Made by a program: the position numbers and the translations under genes. Shown piece by piece: positions 1 through 7,996 of a stretch of 64,000 bases of DNA; the stretch's first letter is position 1, and each line of letters starts with the position of its first letter. The notes under the pieces are model-generated. The model did not search any database. It was not told where the DNA came from and worked only from the letters and a program-made list of their open reading frames with translations. Origin of the DNA: Patescibacteria group bacterium (GTDB taxonomy: Bacteria; Patescibacteriota; Patescibacteriia; 2-01-FULL-39-33); NCBI GenBank assembly GCA_041650895.1, contig JBAZKF010000001.1, positions 829,181 through 893,180 on the forward strand. Reading direction: 5' to 3'.

Positions 1-632
1 ATAATTCCTGTATCCTTACTTCCGTTTCCAAATTGCCCGACGGTTCCATAATCCAGTACGTCGGTTCCAAAGATATTTATTTGATTGACGCCGGCACCAA
101 AAGGAAGGTCACTACCAATGGTTTTAGCGTTAATGGCTATAAAGACAGTTCGGTTATTAAAAACGTCCCGACTACCATGACCTACACCAGCGGCAAGACC
201 TCAGTGACGGCGGCCGAGCGCGGTTTGTCCATTCTTTATAGTTTAGCTTATAGCTTGACTCCGACTTCGCCGACTAAGCCTGATCTGATTGTTTACGATA
301 TTATTTTTCCTACCTCGCAACCCAAAGCTAACACCAATTATAATGTGGTGTTGCAAATAAAAAATACCGGTTCGGCTTTGACGACTTCGGCCGGCTTGCG
401 TAATATTTCTTTTATCGGTCAGGATTTTACAATTAATACCATTAACCATGGCGACTATCCTTCCATCTCCAGACCGCTTGGCACTAGTCAAATTTTTGAA
501 ATAACTTATAATGGAAAATTCATTGCCAGCGGTAAGAAAACTTTAACCGCTAAGGTGGACGAGCCAAGCGAGTTAGCGGAAGTGAATGAAAACAATAATA
601 CTTATTCCGAGTATGTTACCGTTATTCCGTAA
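1..632 (+). CDS. C-terminal fragment of a surface protein with CARDB-like domain (5' end outside window)
   Basis: Frame is open from window edge to stop at 632. Sequence PDLIVYDIIFP...VVLQIKNTGSAL...TAKVDEPSELAEVNENNN matches CARDB (cell-adhesion related domain in bacteria) pattern ending DExNExNN. Confidence 0.5.
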   Translation, partial: NSCILTSVSKLPDGSIIQYVGSKDIYLIDAGTKRKVTTNGFSVNGYKDSSVIKNVPTTMTYTSGKTSVTAAERGLSILYSLAYSLTPTSPTKPDLIVYDIIFPTSQPKANTNYNVVLQIKNTGSALTTSAGLRNISFIGQDFTINTINHGDYPSISRPLGTSQIFEITYNGKFIASGKKTLTAKVDEPSELAEVNENNNTYSEYVTVIP

Positions 633-658
633 CAGTTTATTTTTAGATGTTTTTTATA

Positions 659-687
659 AAACCTCGTTGATTCGGGGTTTTTATTTT
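659..687 (+). terminator. Rho-independent terminator (8-bp stem AAACCTCG/CGGGGTTT plus T-run)
   Basis: Hairpin followed by TTATTTT directly after stop of upstream CDS. Confidence 0.5.
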
Positions 688-698
688 GGGCAAACATC

Positions 699-727
699 TT
701 GACAACAAGTTTAAGATTTGGTACAAT
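699..727 (+). promoter_or_regulatory. Sigma70-like promoter TTGACA-17bp-TACAAT
   Basis: Consensus -35 at 699-704 and -10 at 722-727 with 17-bp spacer, upstream of CDS 819. Confidence 0.5.
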
Positions 728-818
728 TATATATTGATTTGGAATGGTTCAAATCAAGTCAATGAGTTTAAGAACATTAAAACAAACTCCGCTTAACAGC
801 GGAACAAGGAGATGAATC

Positions 819-1442
819 ATGGGTTACTTTTCCATCTTAGTCGTCATCGCAGTATTATCGGTATTATTTGGTTGGGCGTTGCATGCATATTCCGAACTCA
901 ATCATTTAGAAAGCAAAAAAAGAAAACGAGCAGAAACGCTAGTGTGGCTTAAGGCGGTTTTACCGGAAATTAAAAAGGGGGAAAAACAGTATAGTTATTT
1001 ATTTTTAAGGGAAGATAAAATGGATCCCCTCGGTATTTTTGAGGAAGAATTAGGCTTGAAGCCGGGAGAATTAGAGAAATATTGCGATGCTGGCTTTGAA
1101 AGGGATGAGATATTCGATATTCTTATTCCCGAATTGGAAGAGGGGGCCCTTGATTATGATGAGCGTTTGAGGGGGCTTTATGAGACTATCAAGAGGTATT
1201 CCCCACTCTTAGACGATCTGCTTCCCAGTGAAGATCAAGTCAAAAAATATGAGTTAGCTGGAAGGATGGAAAGACGTCGTTTGGCAGTAGTGGCAGTGAT
1301 TGATGCCGATGATCAGATGCGCATGGCCGTCGCGAAGCTTTATGAAGTTCTTGCAAGCTTTAGCCAAAAAGAGATTGGAGAGTTGGGCTTGGGAATCTCA
1401 GATGGTGTTTTGTTAGAACGCATGAAAGCTTACCTTGAGTAA
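819..1442 (+). CDS. Hypothetical protein with N-terminal TM helix
   Basis: 207-aa ORF, AAGGAG Shine-Dalgarno 6 nt upstream, hydrophobic N-terminus, no recognisable domain. Confidence 0.55.
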   Translation: MGYFSILVVIAVLSVLFGWALHAYSELNHLESKKRKRAETLVWLKAVLPEIKKGEKQYSYLFLREDKMDPLGIFEEELGLKPGELEKYCDAGFERDEIFDILIPELEEGALDYDERLRGLYETIKRYSPLLDDLLPSEDQVKKYELAGRMERRRLAVVAVIDADDQMRMAVAKLYEVLASFSQKEIGELGLGISDGVLLERMKAYLE

Positions 1443-1470
1443 GCTTTGTTACCCGCATAAAATTTGTAAT

Positions 1471-1499
1471 CCCCGAACAATTTGTGCGGGGTTTTTATT
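1471..1499 (+). terminator. Rho-independent terminator
   Basis: CCCCGAACA/TGTGCGGGG stem followed by TTTTT. Shares the GGGGTTTTTATTTTGGGC tail with the terminator at 659. Confidence 0.5.
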
Positions 1500-1540
1500 T
1501 TGGGCGAATACTTTGCAAGGTAATATGCTATAATTTATTT

Positions 1541-2425
1541 ATGAACAAGAAGTATACAAAGTATTTAATTGGCATTGCTGTTGCAGTTTTGTTGCTGGTT
1601 GGTATTAATTTTTATCAGCGTCACCCCGGCGCTGTTTTAGGAACTTTTAATATTCGTTCCACCTCGTCTTTGGAACTAATATTTTTTAATGTCGGCCAAG
1701 GAGATAGCTCGCTTATCATCACTCCTGATGGCCAGGATATCTTGATTGATGGCGGACATGATAATAAAGTACTATATGGGTTGGGTAAGTATCTGCCGCC
1801 AACCGATCGCACTATTGAAGCAATGATTTTGAGTCATCCGCATTCAGATCACGTCGCCGGCTTGGTGGAAGTTCTTAAGAGGTACCAAGTGGATAAAGTG
1901 ATTATGACCGGAGTAACCCATACCGCGCCTGATTATTCGGAATTTTTAAGGTTAATTGAAGAAAAAAAAGTTCCAGTGGAAATAATCGACCGGCCGCAAG
2001 AGGAGACAATCGGCGGGCTGACTCTGCAATTTTTGATGCCGGAGAGGAGCTGGCAAGGTGAGCATGTGGCCAATCTTAATAATACTTCTATTGTCTTTAA
2101 GTTGGTTTATGGCTCTACTACGGCTCTGTATACCGGAGATTTTGAAAACGAGGAAAATTTGCTGTTGCAATCAATGGTTCAGATTAAGTCAGACGTACTC
2201 AAGGTTGGGCATCACGGCTCAACCAACGCCAATGATAAGGGGTTCTTGTCGGCTGTGGCGCCAGATTGGGCGGTGATTTCTGTTGGCGTTGATAACCAGT
2301 ATGGCCATCCTCACTATCGTACGCTTTATTATTTGAAGCAGTTGGGTGCCAATGTTTTTCGTACTGACTTAGATGGGGATATCCGTTTGTTCAGCGACGG
2401 CCAGGGATTTATAACCGCCGACTAA
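1541..2425 (+). CDS. MBL-fold metallo-hydrolase (ComEC-type beta-lactamase domain)
   Basis: HPHSDH and GHHGS metal-binding motifs, N-terminal TM anchor. ATG at 1541 chosen; the track's upstream extension reads as non-coding. Confidence 0.7.
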   Translation: MNKKYTKYLIGIAVAVLLLVGINFYQRHPGAVLGTFNIRSTSSLELIFFNVGQGDSSLIITPDGQDILIDGGHDNKVLYGLGKYLPPTDRTIEAMILSHPHSDHVAGLVEVLKRYQVDKVIMTGVTHTAPDYSEFLRLIEEKKVPVEIIDRPQEETIGGLTLQFLMPERSWQGEHVANLNNTSIVFKLVYGSTTALYTGDFENEENLLLQSMVQIKSDVLKVGHHGSTNANDKGFLSAVAPDWAVISVGVDNQYGHPHYRTLYYLKQLGANVFRTDLDGDIRLFSDGQGFITAD

Positions 2426-2496
2426 TTTTTTGACTTTACAGTTGATTTTTGTTAAGATTTCTTTGTTATTTAATTATTAATTTAATTTTTATTATT

Positions 2497-2874
2497 ATGC
2501 CAGGTGATAAAATTAAAGTGTTGCTCGTAGAAGACGACGCTATGATCGTAGATATGTATAAGTTGCGATTGGAGGAGGAGGGTTATGAGGTCATTATAAC
2601 CGATAGGGGCAGTCAAGCGATAGAACTAGCTAAGAAGGATGATCCGGATATTATCTTGTTAGATATTATCTTACCGGAAGTTGACGGTTTTTCCGTTCTC
2701 AGTTCACTTAAGAGCGAAGTAGCGACCAAGAAAATCCCGACAATTATCATGACTAACTTAGGACAGGAATCCGATCAGGAAAGGGGTCAGCAGCTGGGCG
2801 CTGAAGAATATTTCGTTAAAGCGCAACATACGCCGGCTGATGTAATAAACGTTATTAAAAAATATTTAAAATAA
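2497..2874 (+). CDS. Single-domain response regulator receiver (CheY-like)
   Basis: KVLLVEDD...DIILLDIILPEVDGF...TNL...LGAEEYFVK receiver signature with no output domain. Confidence 0.75.
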   Translation: MPGDKIKVLLVEDDAMIVDMYKLRLEEEGYEVIITDRGSQAIELAKKDDPDIILLDIILPEVDGFSVLSSLKSEVATKKIPTIIMTNLGQESDQERGQQLGAEEYFVKAQHTPADVINVIKKYLK

Positions 2875-2875
2875 T

Positions 2876-3367
2876 ATGATTGAACGAACATTGGTTTTGC
2901 TTAAACCAGACGCGGTCAAGCGCGGTGTGATGGGGGAGATAATAGCTCGTTTTGAAAAAGTGGGCATGAAGATCGTGGCTTTGCGTTTGGCTTGGGTCAG
3001 TGAAGAGAAGGCCAAAGCGCATTATACCGAAGACATTGCTATTCGACGGGGCGAGCATGTCCGCAATTATTTGGTTGATTTTATCACCTCGGGCCCGGTC
3101 TTAGCTTTTGTAGTTGAGGGCGTAGACGCTATTGAGAATGTGCGAATGATGGTCGGCGCGACTGAGCCGAAATCCGCTATTCCCGGCACTATCCGTGGCG
3201 ATTATTCCCATGTTTCTTATTCTCATGCCGATGCGGAGAAAAAAGTTGTAGCCAACCTTATTCATGCTTCCGCTGACAAGGCTGATGCGGAAAGAGAAAT
3301 TTATGTCTGGTTTAACGAGGATGAGATTTTTGATTACAAGACGGCTTACGAAGCGCATACTTTATAA
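2876..3367 (+). CDS. ndk: Nucleoside diphosphate kinase
   Basis: LVLLKPDAV...GEII.RFE..G..I...TIRGDY...NLIHAS...AEREI..WF. Carries a ~10-aa insertion before the catalytic His and HASA instead of HGSD. Confidence 0.8.
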   Translation: MIERTLVLLKPDAVKRGVMGEIIARFEKVGMKIVALRLAWVSEEKAKAHYTEDIAIRRGEHVRNYLVDFITSGPVLAFVVEGVDAIENVRMMVGATEPKSAIPGTIRGDYSHVSYSHADAEKKVVANLIHASADKADAEREIYVWFNEDEIFDYKTAYEAHTL

Positions 3368-3383
3368 AGTTATTTAAACTAAA

Positions 3384-3414
3384 AAATCGCTAGCTTCGGC
3401 CGGCGATTTTTTAT
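3384..3414 (+). terminator. Rho-independent terminator after ndk
   Basis: AATCGC...GCGATT stem followed by TTTTTT. Confidence 0.45.
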
Positions 3415-3472
3415 CACTTTTAATATTTCTCCCTCCTTAATAGTGAGTTAAATGGTTAATTTTTTGTTCCAG

Positions 3473-3730
3473 TTATTCTACCGCTCCTTCAATACACCAA
3501 TAACCTCCGTTTAAGCTGTGTTCGATAGTAATCGGGCAACCGCCGCATAAGCAGCCGCTTTTTTTGATCTCACAGGAAGCTTTGCCTGAGGCGCAAAATA
3601 AACTTTCCGTTCGATCTCGTAGGCAATCGCTGTAAGAAGGACATTGCCCACAAATACATCTTTTCGAGTTTTCCTCGGTTTTTCGTATGGCCATATGTTT
3701 AATTGGCACTATTGACTGTGTGCCAGTCAC
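3473..3730 (-). CDS. Small cysteine-rich protein (13 Cys in 85 aa), probable metal-binding
   Basis: CICGQCPSYSDC, FCASGKASC and GCLCGGCP clusters. Overlaps the 3' end of the upstream flavoprotein gene by 32 nt on the same strand, suggesting an operon. Confidence 0.4.
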   Translation of the reverse strand: MTGTQSIVPIKHMAIRKTEENSKRCICGQCPSYSDCLRDRTESLFCASGKASCEIKKSGCLCGGCPITIEHSLNGGYWCIEGAVE

Positions 3731-4616
3731 TAATGCCAGATTTACGAAATAACTTTGCTGATTTGATAGTGTTATCGGCTAAAAGGCTTACTTCTTCAAT
3801 GAAACAAGGCCCGGTTACGATAGCTTTGTCTGCCGAAGTCGGGTTACAGATTGAGGACATCGCATATAAAGCGGAGAAGGGTGGGAAGATCATCCCAAAA
3901 TGATTAAGGGTCATAAATAGACTACTGATAGTTAAGGCTGCGCCAGCCTCATGTCCGGTAACAATCACTCCGGCGGTTTTTCCGCTGAAGCGACGGATAA
4001 AACCGCTACCCGGAACGTCATCGGAAGCAGTGAGGCGGATAAACTCGGTATGTTTTTTATTGAGTTCGCGATCTTTGGTTTTTTTAGGATCAGCCGGAGG
4101 CAAACTGCCGTCTAAACTGATACAGCGGTCTAGAAACAAGGACATGAGTGATGACATTTTAAAATTGTTCACAGGCGTGGCAAAAATAATCGCATCCGCG
4201 GCTAAAATCTTGTCGTACAAAGTTTTACTCATATCATCGGCACGCGGTGTGCCTTTTTGATAACAAGAACAAGGGAAGTGGCACTGGGTATTGACCGTAG
4301 AATAGCAGGCTTTGCAAGGTTTGATATCGTATTTTCTCAACAGTAATAATTCAGTTTGCGCGCCAAGTTCGTGGCAACGTTTTAGGCATGACTCCAATAA
4401 TGATTCAGAATTAGATTTCTCTTGCGCCATATCCAATTCATCACGTGCCGAGCCGGATATTCCCAGTATTTTGATTTTGCCGCTCTTCTTTTTTGCCAAC
4501 TGCCGGACTTCATTAATCCCTTGTTCTTGGATGTCTTTAAACCGTTTTAAGGTGGTGGCGTTAATTTCTAATTGTTTTGTTATCTCCCTATCACTTAGGT
4601 TTTTTTGTTTGATCAT
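3699..4616 (-). CDS. Flavodoxin-like fold protein (NADPH-dependent FMN reductase / iron-sulfur flavoprotein family) with N-terminal extension
   Basis: KILGISGSAR...AADAIIFATPV.N pattern of FMN_red-type flavoproteins. CKACYSTVNTQCHFPCSC cluster. Upstream AAGCTATCCG motif 9 nt before the ATG. Confidence 0.5.
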   Translation of the reverse strand: MIKQKNLSDREITKQLEINATTLKRFKDIQEQGINEVRQLAKKKSGKIKILGISGSARDELDMAQEKSNSESLLESCLKRCHELGAQTELLLLRKYDIKPCKACYSTVNTQCHFPCSCYQKGTPRADDMSKTLYDKILAADAIIFATPVNNFKMSSLMSLFLDRCISLDGSLPPADPKKTKDRELNKKHTEFIRLTASDDVPGSGFIRRFSGKTAGVIVTGHEAGAALTISSLFMTLNHFGMIFPPFSALYAMSSICNPTSADKAIVTGPCFIEEVSLLADNTIKSAKLFRKSGISDWHTVNSAN

Positions 4617-4667
4617 ATGGTGTGACGGATAGCTTGCATTAATTATATCACTTTAAGACTAGAGCAA

Positions 4668-4700
4668 CAAAAAACCCGGCCGGAGCCGGGAAAATCATCA
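4668..4700 (-). terminator. Rho-independent terminator of rpmB (CCCGGC-TCCG-GCCGGG plus T-run on minus strand)
   Basis: Perfect 6-bp GC stem followed by TTTTTTGTTG on the minus strand. Confidence 0.55.
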
Positions 4701-4717
4701 GGGCGTAACAGCAGTAA

Positions 4718-4894
4718 TTACTTTTGTTTTTTAGTTTTGGTTTTTAGGCAGGCGGTGCAGATAGCGGTTGATCTGCCATCCAACTTCTTGCTTTTCAGAT
4801 TGATTTTCTGAGTGCGCTTGGATTTGATATTGGAGTGAGAAACGGAAAAACTGCTTCTGGTGCCGCGTCCGCAAACGGAACATGCTTTAGGCAT
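4718..4894 (-). CDS. rpmB: 50S ribosomal protein L28
   Basis: Not in the ORF track (58 aa). Translation MPKACSVCGRGTRSSFSVSHSNIKSKRTQKINLKSKKLDGRSTAICTACLKTKTKKQK matches L28 (C..CG......VSHSN.KTKR...NLQ). Confidence 0.8.
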   Translation of the reverse strand: MPKACSVCGRGTRSSFSVSHSNIKSKRTQKINLKSKKLDGRSTAICTACLKTKTKKQK

Positions 4895-4945
4895 AAAATT
4901 AAATAAAAAGTTAAAGTCTCAAAATGTAAAGTTATTCTAACAAAT

Positions 4946-4974
4946 TTGAATAAAAAAGTCAAATCTGCTAGAAT
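4946..4974 (+). promoter_or_regulatory. Promoter TTGAAT-17bp-TAGAAT (TGn extended -10)
   Basis: Hexamers with 17-bp spacer about 18 nt upstream of the M50 protease start. Confidence 0.4.
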
Positions 4975-4991
4975 ATAGTTAGATTTTAACT

Positions 4992-5636
4992 TTGAATTAT
5001 TTTTTTATGCCTTTAAATTGGTTATTTACCGAACCGTTATTTTTTCTTTCTTGGATTTTGGCTATTTTAGTTACTTTAACTATTCATGAGTTTTCCCATG
5101 CCTTGGTCGCTAATATGTTAGGTGATTCCACAGCTAAAGATGGGGGACGGTTGAATTTTAATCCTTTAGTACATTTGGATCCATTGGGATTCATTATGAT
5201 GCTGATAGCCGGCTTTGGCTGGGCCAAACCAGTGCCGGTTAATCCTTACAATTTGCGTGGCGGTCGTTGGGGTATGGCCCTGGTGTCTTTTGCCGGTCCT
5301 TTATCTAATTTTTTTGGAGTGCTGGTTTTTGCTGTATTTTTTAAGATGATTTCTCCTGTATTAGGACCGATGAATTTGCTGGTTAATTTTTTGTTTTTAT
5401 TGATTTTGATTAATATTTCGCTTTTTGTTTTTAATTTGATTCCTATTCCTCCGTTAGATGGTTCCAGAGTGTTGCTTGCTGTTATTCCTGATAAATTTTA
5501 CGATTTTAAAGAAAAATACCTCATGTATGGCCCGTATATTCTGTTGGCCTTGGTCTTGATTGACAACTTTACCAATGTCGGCATTTTTGGCAGACTTTTC
5601 CAGGGAATTATAAATATATTGAGTAGATTTTTATAA
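4992..5636 (+). CDS. Site-2 protease family zinc metalloprotease (peptidase M50)
   Basis: HEFSHA (HExxH) inside a TM helix, multiple TM segments, LDG motif near C-terminus. Confidence 0.75.
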   Translation: MNYFFMPLNWLFTEPLFFLSWILAILVTLTIHEFSHALVANMLGDSTAKDGGRLNFNPLVHLDPLGFIMMLIAGFGWAKPVPVNPYNLRGGRWGMALVSFAGPLSNFFGVLVFAVFFKMISPVLGPMNLLVNFLFLLILINISLFVFNLIPIPPLDGSRVLLAVIPDKFYDFKEKYLMYGPYILLALVLIDNFTNVGIFGRLFQGIINILSRFL

Positions 5637-5650
5637 AATTGTTTTTAGCG

Positions 5651-5679
5651 TTGACTTTTAGGCGGAAATCGGTTAAAAT
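5651..5679 (+). promoter_or_regulatory. Promoter TTGACT-17bp-TAAAAT for the str operon, followed by a ~250-nt leader with hairpin+T6 at 5745-5775
   Basis: Consensus hexamers. Leader contains TCCCATTCCGGAATTGGGA hairpin followed by TTTTTT (possible attenuator). Confidence 0.4.
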
Positions 5680-5931
5680 AATATCTATAAAAAACAGTAA
5701 AAATATTTTCGGTTAAATTGTTTAAAATTAGCCAAGTTATCCGAAGGATCCCATTCCGGAATTGGGATTTTTTCATTCTCTGCCAACCGCTTGCTTATTG
5801 AACGTGAGCTCTCGTCTGGCACTAATGAACTTTGGTAATTTTCGCTGAAATTCAATGTTTTAATCGTTAAATTTTATTAAATATATAATTTTGATTCTTA
5901 ATTCTTAATTTAAATTTGTAACTATTCAGTT

Positions 5932-6360
5932 ATGCCTACAATAAATCAATTACTCAAAAAGGGACGCAAACCCAAGATTGTCAAATCTAAGACGCCTGAC
6001 ATTCAGACGACTTTGGATAGTTTGCATCGCCGTAAACATACCATGCAGAAAGGCAACCCCTTCAAACGTGGCGTGTGTACGGTTGTAAGAACCACTACGC
6101 CGAAAAAGCCGAACTCCGCTTTGCGTAAAATCGCCCGCGTCCGTTTGTCTAATGGCCAAGAGGTTACTGCTTATATTCCCGGCATCGGCCATAATCTGCA
6201 GGAGCACTCCATTGTCATGGTGCGTGGCGGCAGGGTTAAGGATTTGCCTGGTGTCAGATATCATATTGTCCGCGGCGTTTATGATTCCGCCGGTGTGGCT
6301 AATCGCAAGCGCGGTCGTAGCTTGTATGGAATGAAGAAAGAGAAGAAGGCAGCCAAGTAA
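5932..6360 (+). CDS. rpsL: 30S ribosomal protein S12 (with ~15-aa N-terminal-region insertion)
   Basis: MPTINQL..KGR...KSK.P...[57 protein letters not shown]. Confidence 0.95.
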   Translation: MPTINQLLKKGRKPKIVKSKTPDIQTTLDSLHRRKHTMQKGNPFKRGVCTVVRTTTPKKPNSALRKIARVRLSNGQEVTAYIPGIGHNLQEHSIVMVRGGRVKDLPGVRYHIVRGVYDSAGVANRKRGRSLYGMKKEKKAAK

Positions 6361-6476
6361 TTACGAATTTCAAATTACTGATTACTAATTTTCATGTTTA
6401 ATCGCTAATAATTTCGTAAGTGTAATTTGAAGTTTAATTCGTAATTCTTAATTCGTAATTCTTAATTGAATAACAT

Positions 6477-6944
6477 ATGAGAGGTAAACCAGCAACAAAA
6501 AGAGTGATTGCCCCCGACGAGAAATATAGTCGCGAGGATATCGCTAAGTTCATCAATTATATTATGGAGCGCGGCAAAAAATCGGTCGCCAAAAATATCG
6601 TTTACGAGGCCTTGGAAATTATTTCCGATAAGACTAAAGTTGATCCTTTAGTTGTGTTTGATACGGCCATTAAGAATGCCGCTCCAACCGTAGAAATCAA
6701 GGGTCGCCGCGTTGGTGGCGCCAACTATCAAGTGCCGATGGCTGTTCGTCCTTCCCGCAGCTATACTTTGGGCTGCCGTTGGATTATCGGCGCCGCTAAA
6801 GCCAAGAAAGGCCGGCGTATGGCCATTAAGTTGGCGGAGGAGTTAACCGCCGCTTACAATAATGAAGGTGCCGCTATCAAAAAGAAACAGGATACTTACA
6901 GAATGGCTGAAGCTAACCGCGCCTTTGCGCATTTTTCCAGATAA
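6477..6944 (+). CDS. rpsG: 30S ribosomal protein S7
   Basis: Conserved S7 sequence (GKK..A..I...A......TVE.K.RRVGGANYQVP..V...R). Confidence 0.95.
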   Translation: MRGKPATKRVIAPDEKYSREDIAKFINYIMERGKKSVAKNIVYEALEIISDKTKVDPLVVFDTAIKNAAPTVEIKGRRVGGANYQVPMAVRPSRSYTLGCRWIIGAAKAKKGRRMAIKLAEELTAAYNNEGAAIKKKQDTYRMAEANRAFAHFSR

Positions 6945-7034
6945 AAGTAATAAATAATACTTAATAAGTAACCAGTACTTTTAAAATAATATAGTCAAAT
7001 AATCAATAAGATAGCCACAAAAGGAGATAGATTA

Positions 7035-7307
7035 ATGGGCGGGAAAAACACTGTTAGGGAACTTCAAGAGAGACTGAATGTTATTGAAAGGCAGATTAAA
7101 AAAATACAGGCGGATGCTGGGAAAAATATTAAGTCTGCTCGAAAAAGGTATCGCCAAATACAAAGACAGATTAGGCAATGTCAGGTTGCCTGTAAACATG
7201 GCTGGGTAGAACAAGGTTTTGACGCGAATTGTGTTTACTATTCATGCATTAAATGTGGTCGAGAAAATAAAATAGTAAGGACACGCACTGAATATAAACC
7301 TTATTGA
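7035..7307 (+). CDS. Small coiled-coil / zinc-ribbon protein (CxxC...CxxC)
   Basis: 90-aa ORF with strong SD AAAGGAG, CQVAC...CIKC pair. Inserted between rpsG and fusA. Confidence 0.5.
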   Translation: MGGKNTVRELQERLNVIERQIKKIQADAGKNIKSARKRYRQIQRQIRQCQVACKHGWVEQGFDANCVYYSCIKCGRENKIVRTRTEYKPY

Positions 7308-7316
7308 TTATTTTTT

Positions 7317-7351
7317 GAGGCGATAGTCCGTGTTTTCGCCTCTTCCAAAAA
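7317..7351 (+). promoter_or_regulatory. Conserved hairpin element copy A (GAGGCGA...TCGCCTC + TTCCAAAAA)
   Basis: 7-bp stem. Near-identical unit recurs at 7884-7918 with a compensatory base change. Confidence 0.4.
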
Positions 7352-7489
7352 TATTTAGGATTTTTAATATTTATTATTTGTATTCAAAACGCGAATGCAA
7401 GAAATATTGTGCCGATTCTTGGTGGGAATAGCAAATCCTCGTAATTTTGAACCTTAAAAGAAAAAATCAACTGACAGGAGGGAAAAGCA

Positions 7490-7810
7490 ATGGAAGTTAG
7501 CCGGGCTGAACTGGGGGTCAGTATCAGCAAATTAGAATTGGATTCCTTGACGGTAAAAATTGGTCAGTTCATTGGCTATGATGGCGGAGAAGTTAAGTTT
7601 AGATTTTCGTCCCGTTTATGCCTGAATGATAATTTTGATCATCCCATTTTGCATACCGAAGCCGTATTTAAAACTCCTGAAGAAGCAACTGAGTGGGGCG
7701 ATAGGTTATTGGATCTATTAAAAGGATTACCGCCGAAATCTCATACTTTTAGTAAAGGCCAGGTCGATCCCGATAAACAGAATAGGGTAATTATTTTAAG
7801 ATTGCCTTAA
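7490..7810 (+). CDS. Hypothetical protein
   Basis: 106-aa ORF with strong SD CAGGAGGG, no recognisable domain. Second insertion in the str operon. Confidence 0.5.
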   Translation: MEVSRAELGVSISKLELDSLTVKIGQFIGYDGGEVKFRFSSRLCLNDNFDHPILHTEAVFKTPEEATEWGDRLLDLLKGLPPKSHTFSKGQVDPDKQNRVIILRLP

Positions 7811-7883
7811 TATTATTGACAACTTCGAGAACCTGTAAAAAATATGGAAAAAGGTAATGGAAATGCTAAGCAGTTGATTTTTC

Positions 7884-7918
7884 GAGGTGGCAGCTCGTGC
7901 TTCCGCCTCTTCCAAAAA
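7884..7918 (+). promoter_or_regulatory. Conserved hairpin element copy B (GAGGTGG...CCGCCTC + TTCCAAAAA)
   Basis: Matches the CGTG(T/C)TT(T/C)CGCCTCTTCCAAAAA core of copy A at 22/24 positions, with the stem preserved by a T-G wobble. Confidence 0.4.
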
Positions 7919-7996
7919 GTTTTATAAAATTTAAATATTTATCAGTATTATCATTAAAATTAGTAATCATTAATTCGTAATTTGTAATTAACCAGT

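Noticed and set aside
1484-1540. N-terminal extensions suggested by the ORF track (1484, 2449, 15844, 18906, 19645, 22775, 25680, 33284, 41392, 44903)
   Set aside because: Extensions begin at alternative (TTG/GTG) starts, translate to non-conserved low-complexity peptides, and overlap promoter, terminator or repeat elements. Conserved protein N-termini begin at the internal ATGs.
7317-7918. Integron attC sites for the two conserved hairpins after the inserted str-operon ORFs
   Set aside because: No RYYYAAC / GTTRRRY core sites and no intI in the window; the cassette-like appearance is only suggestive.
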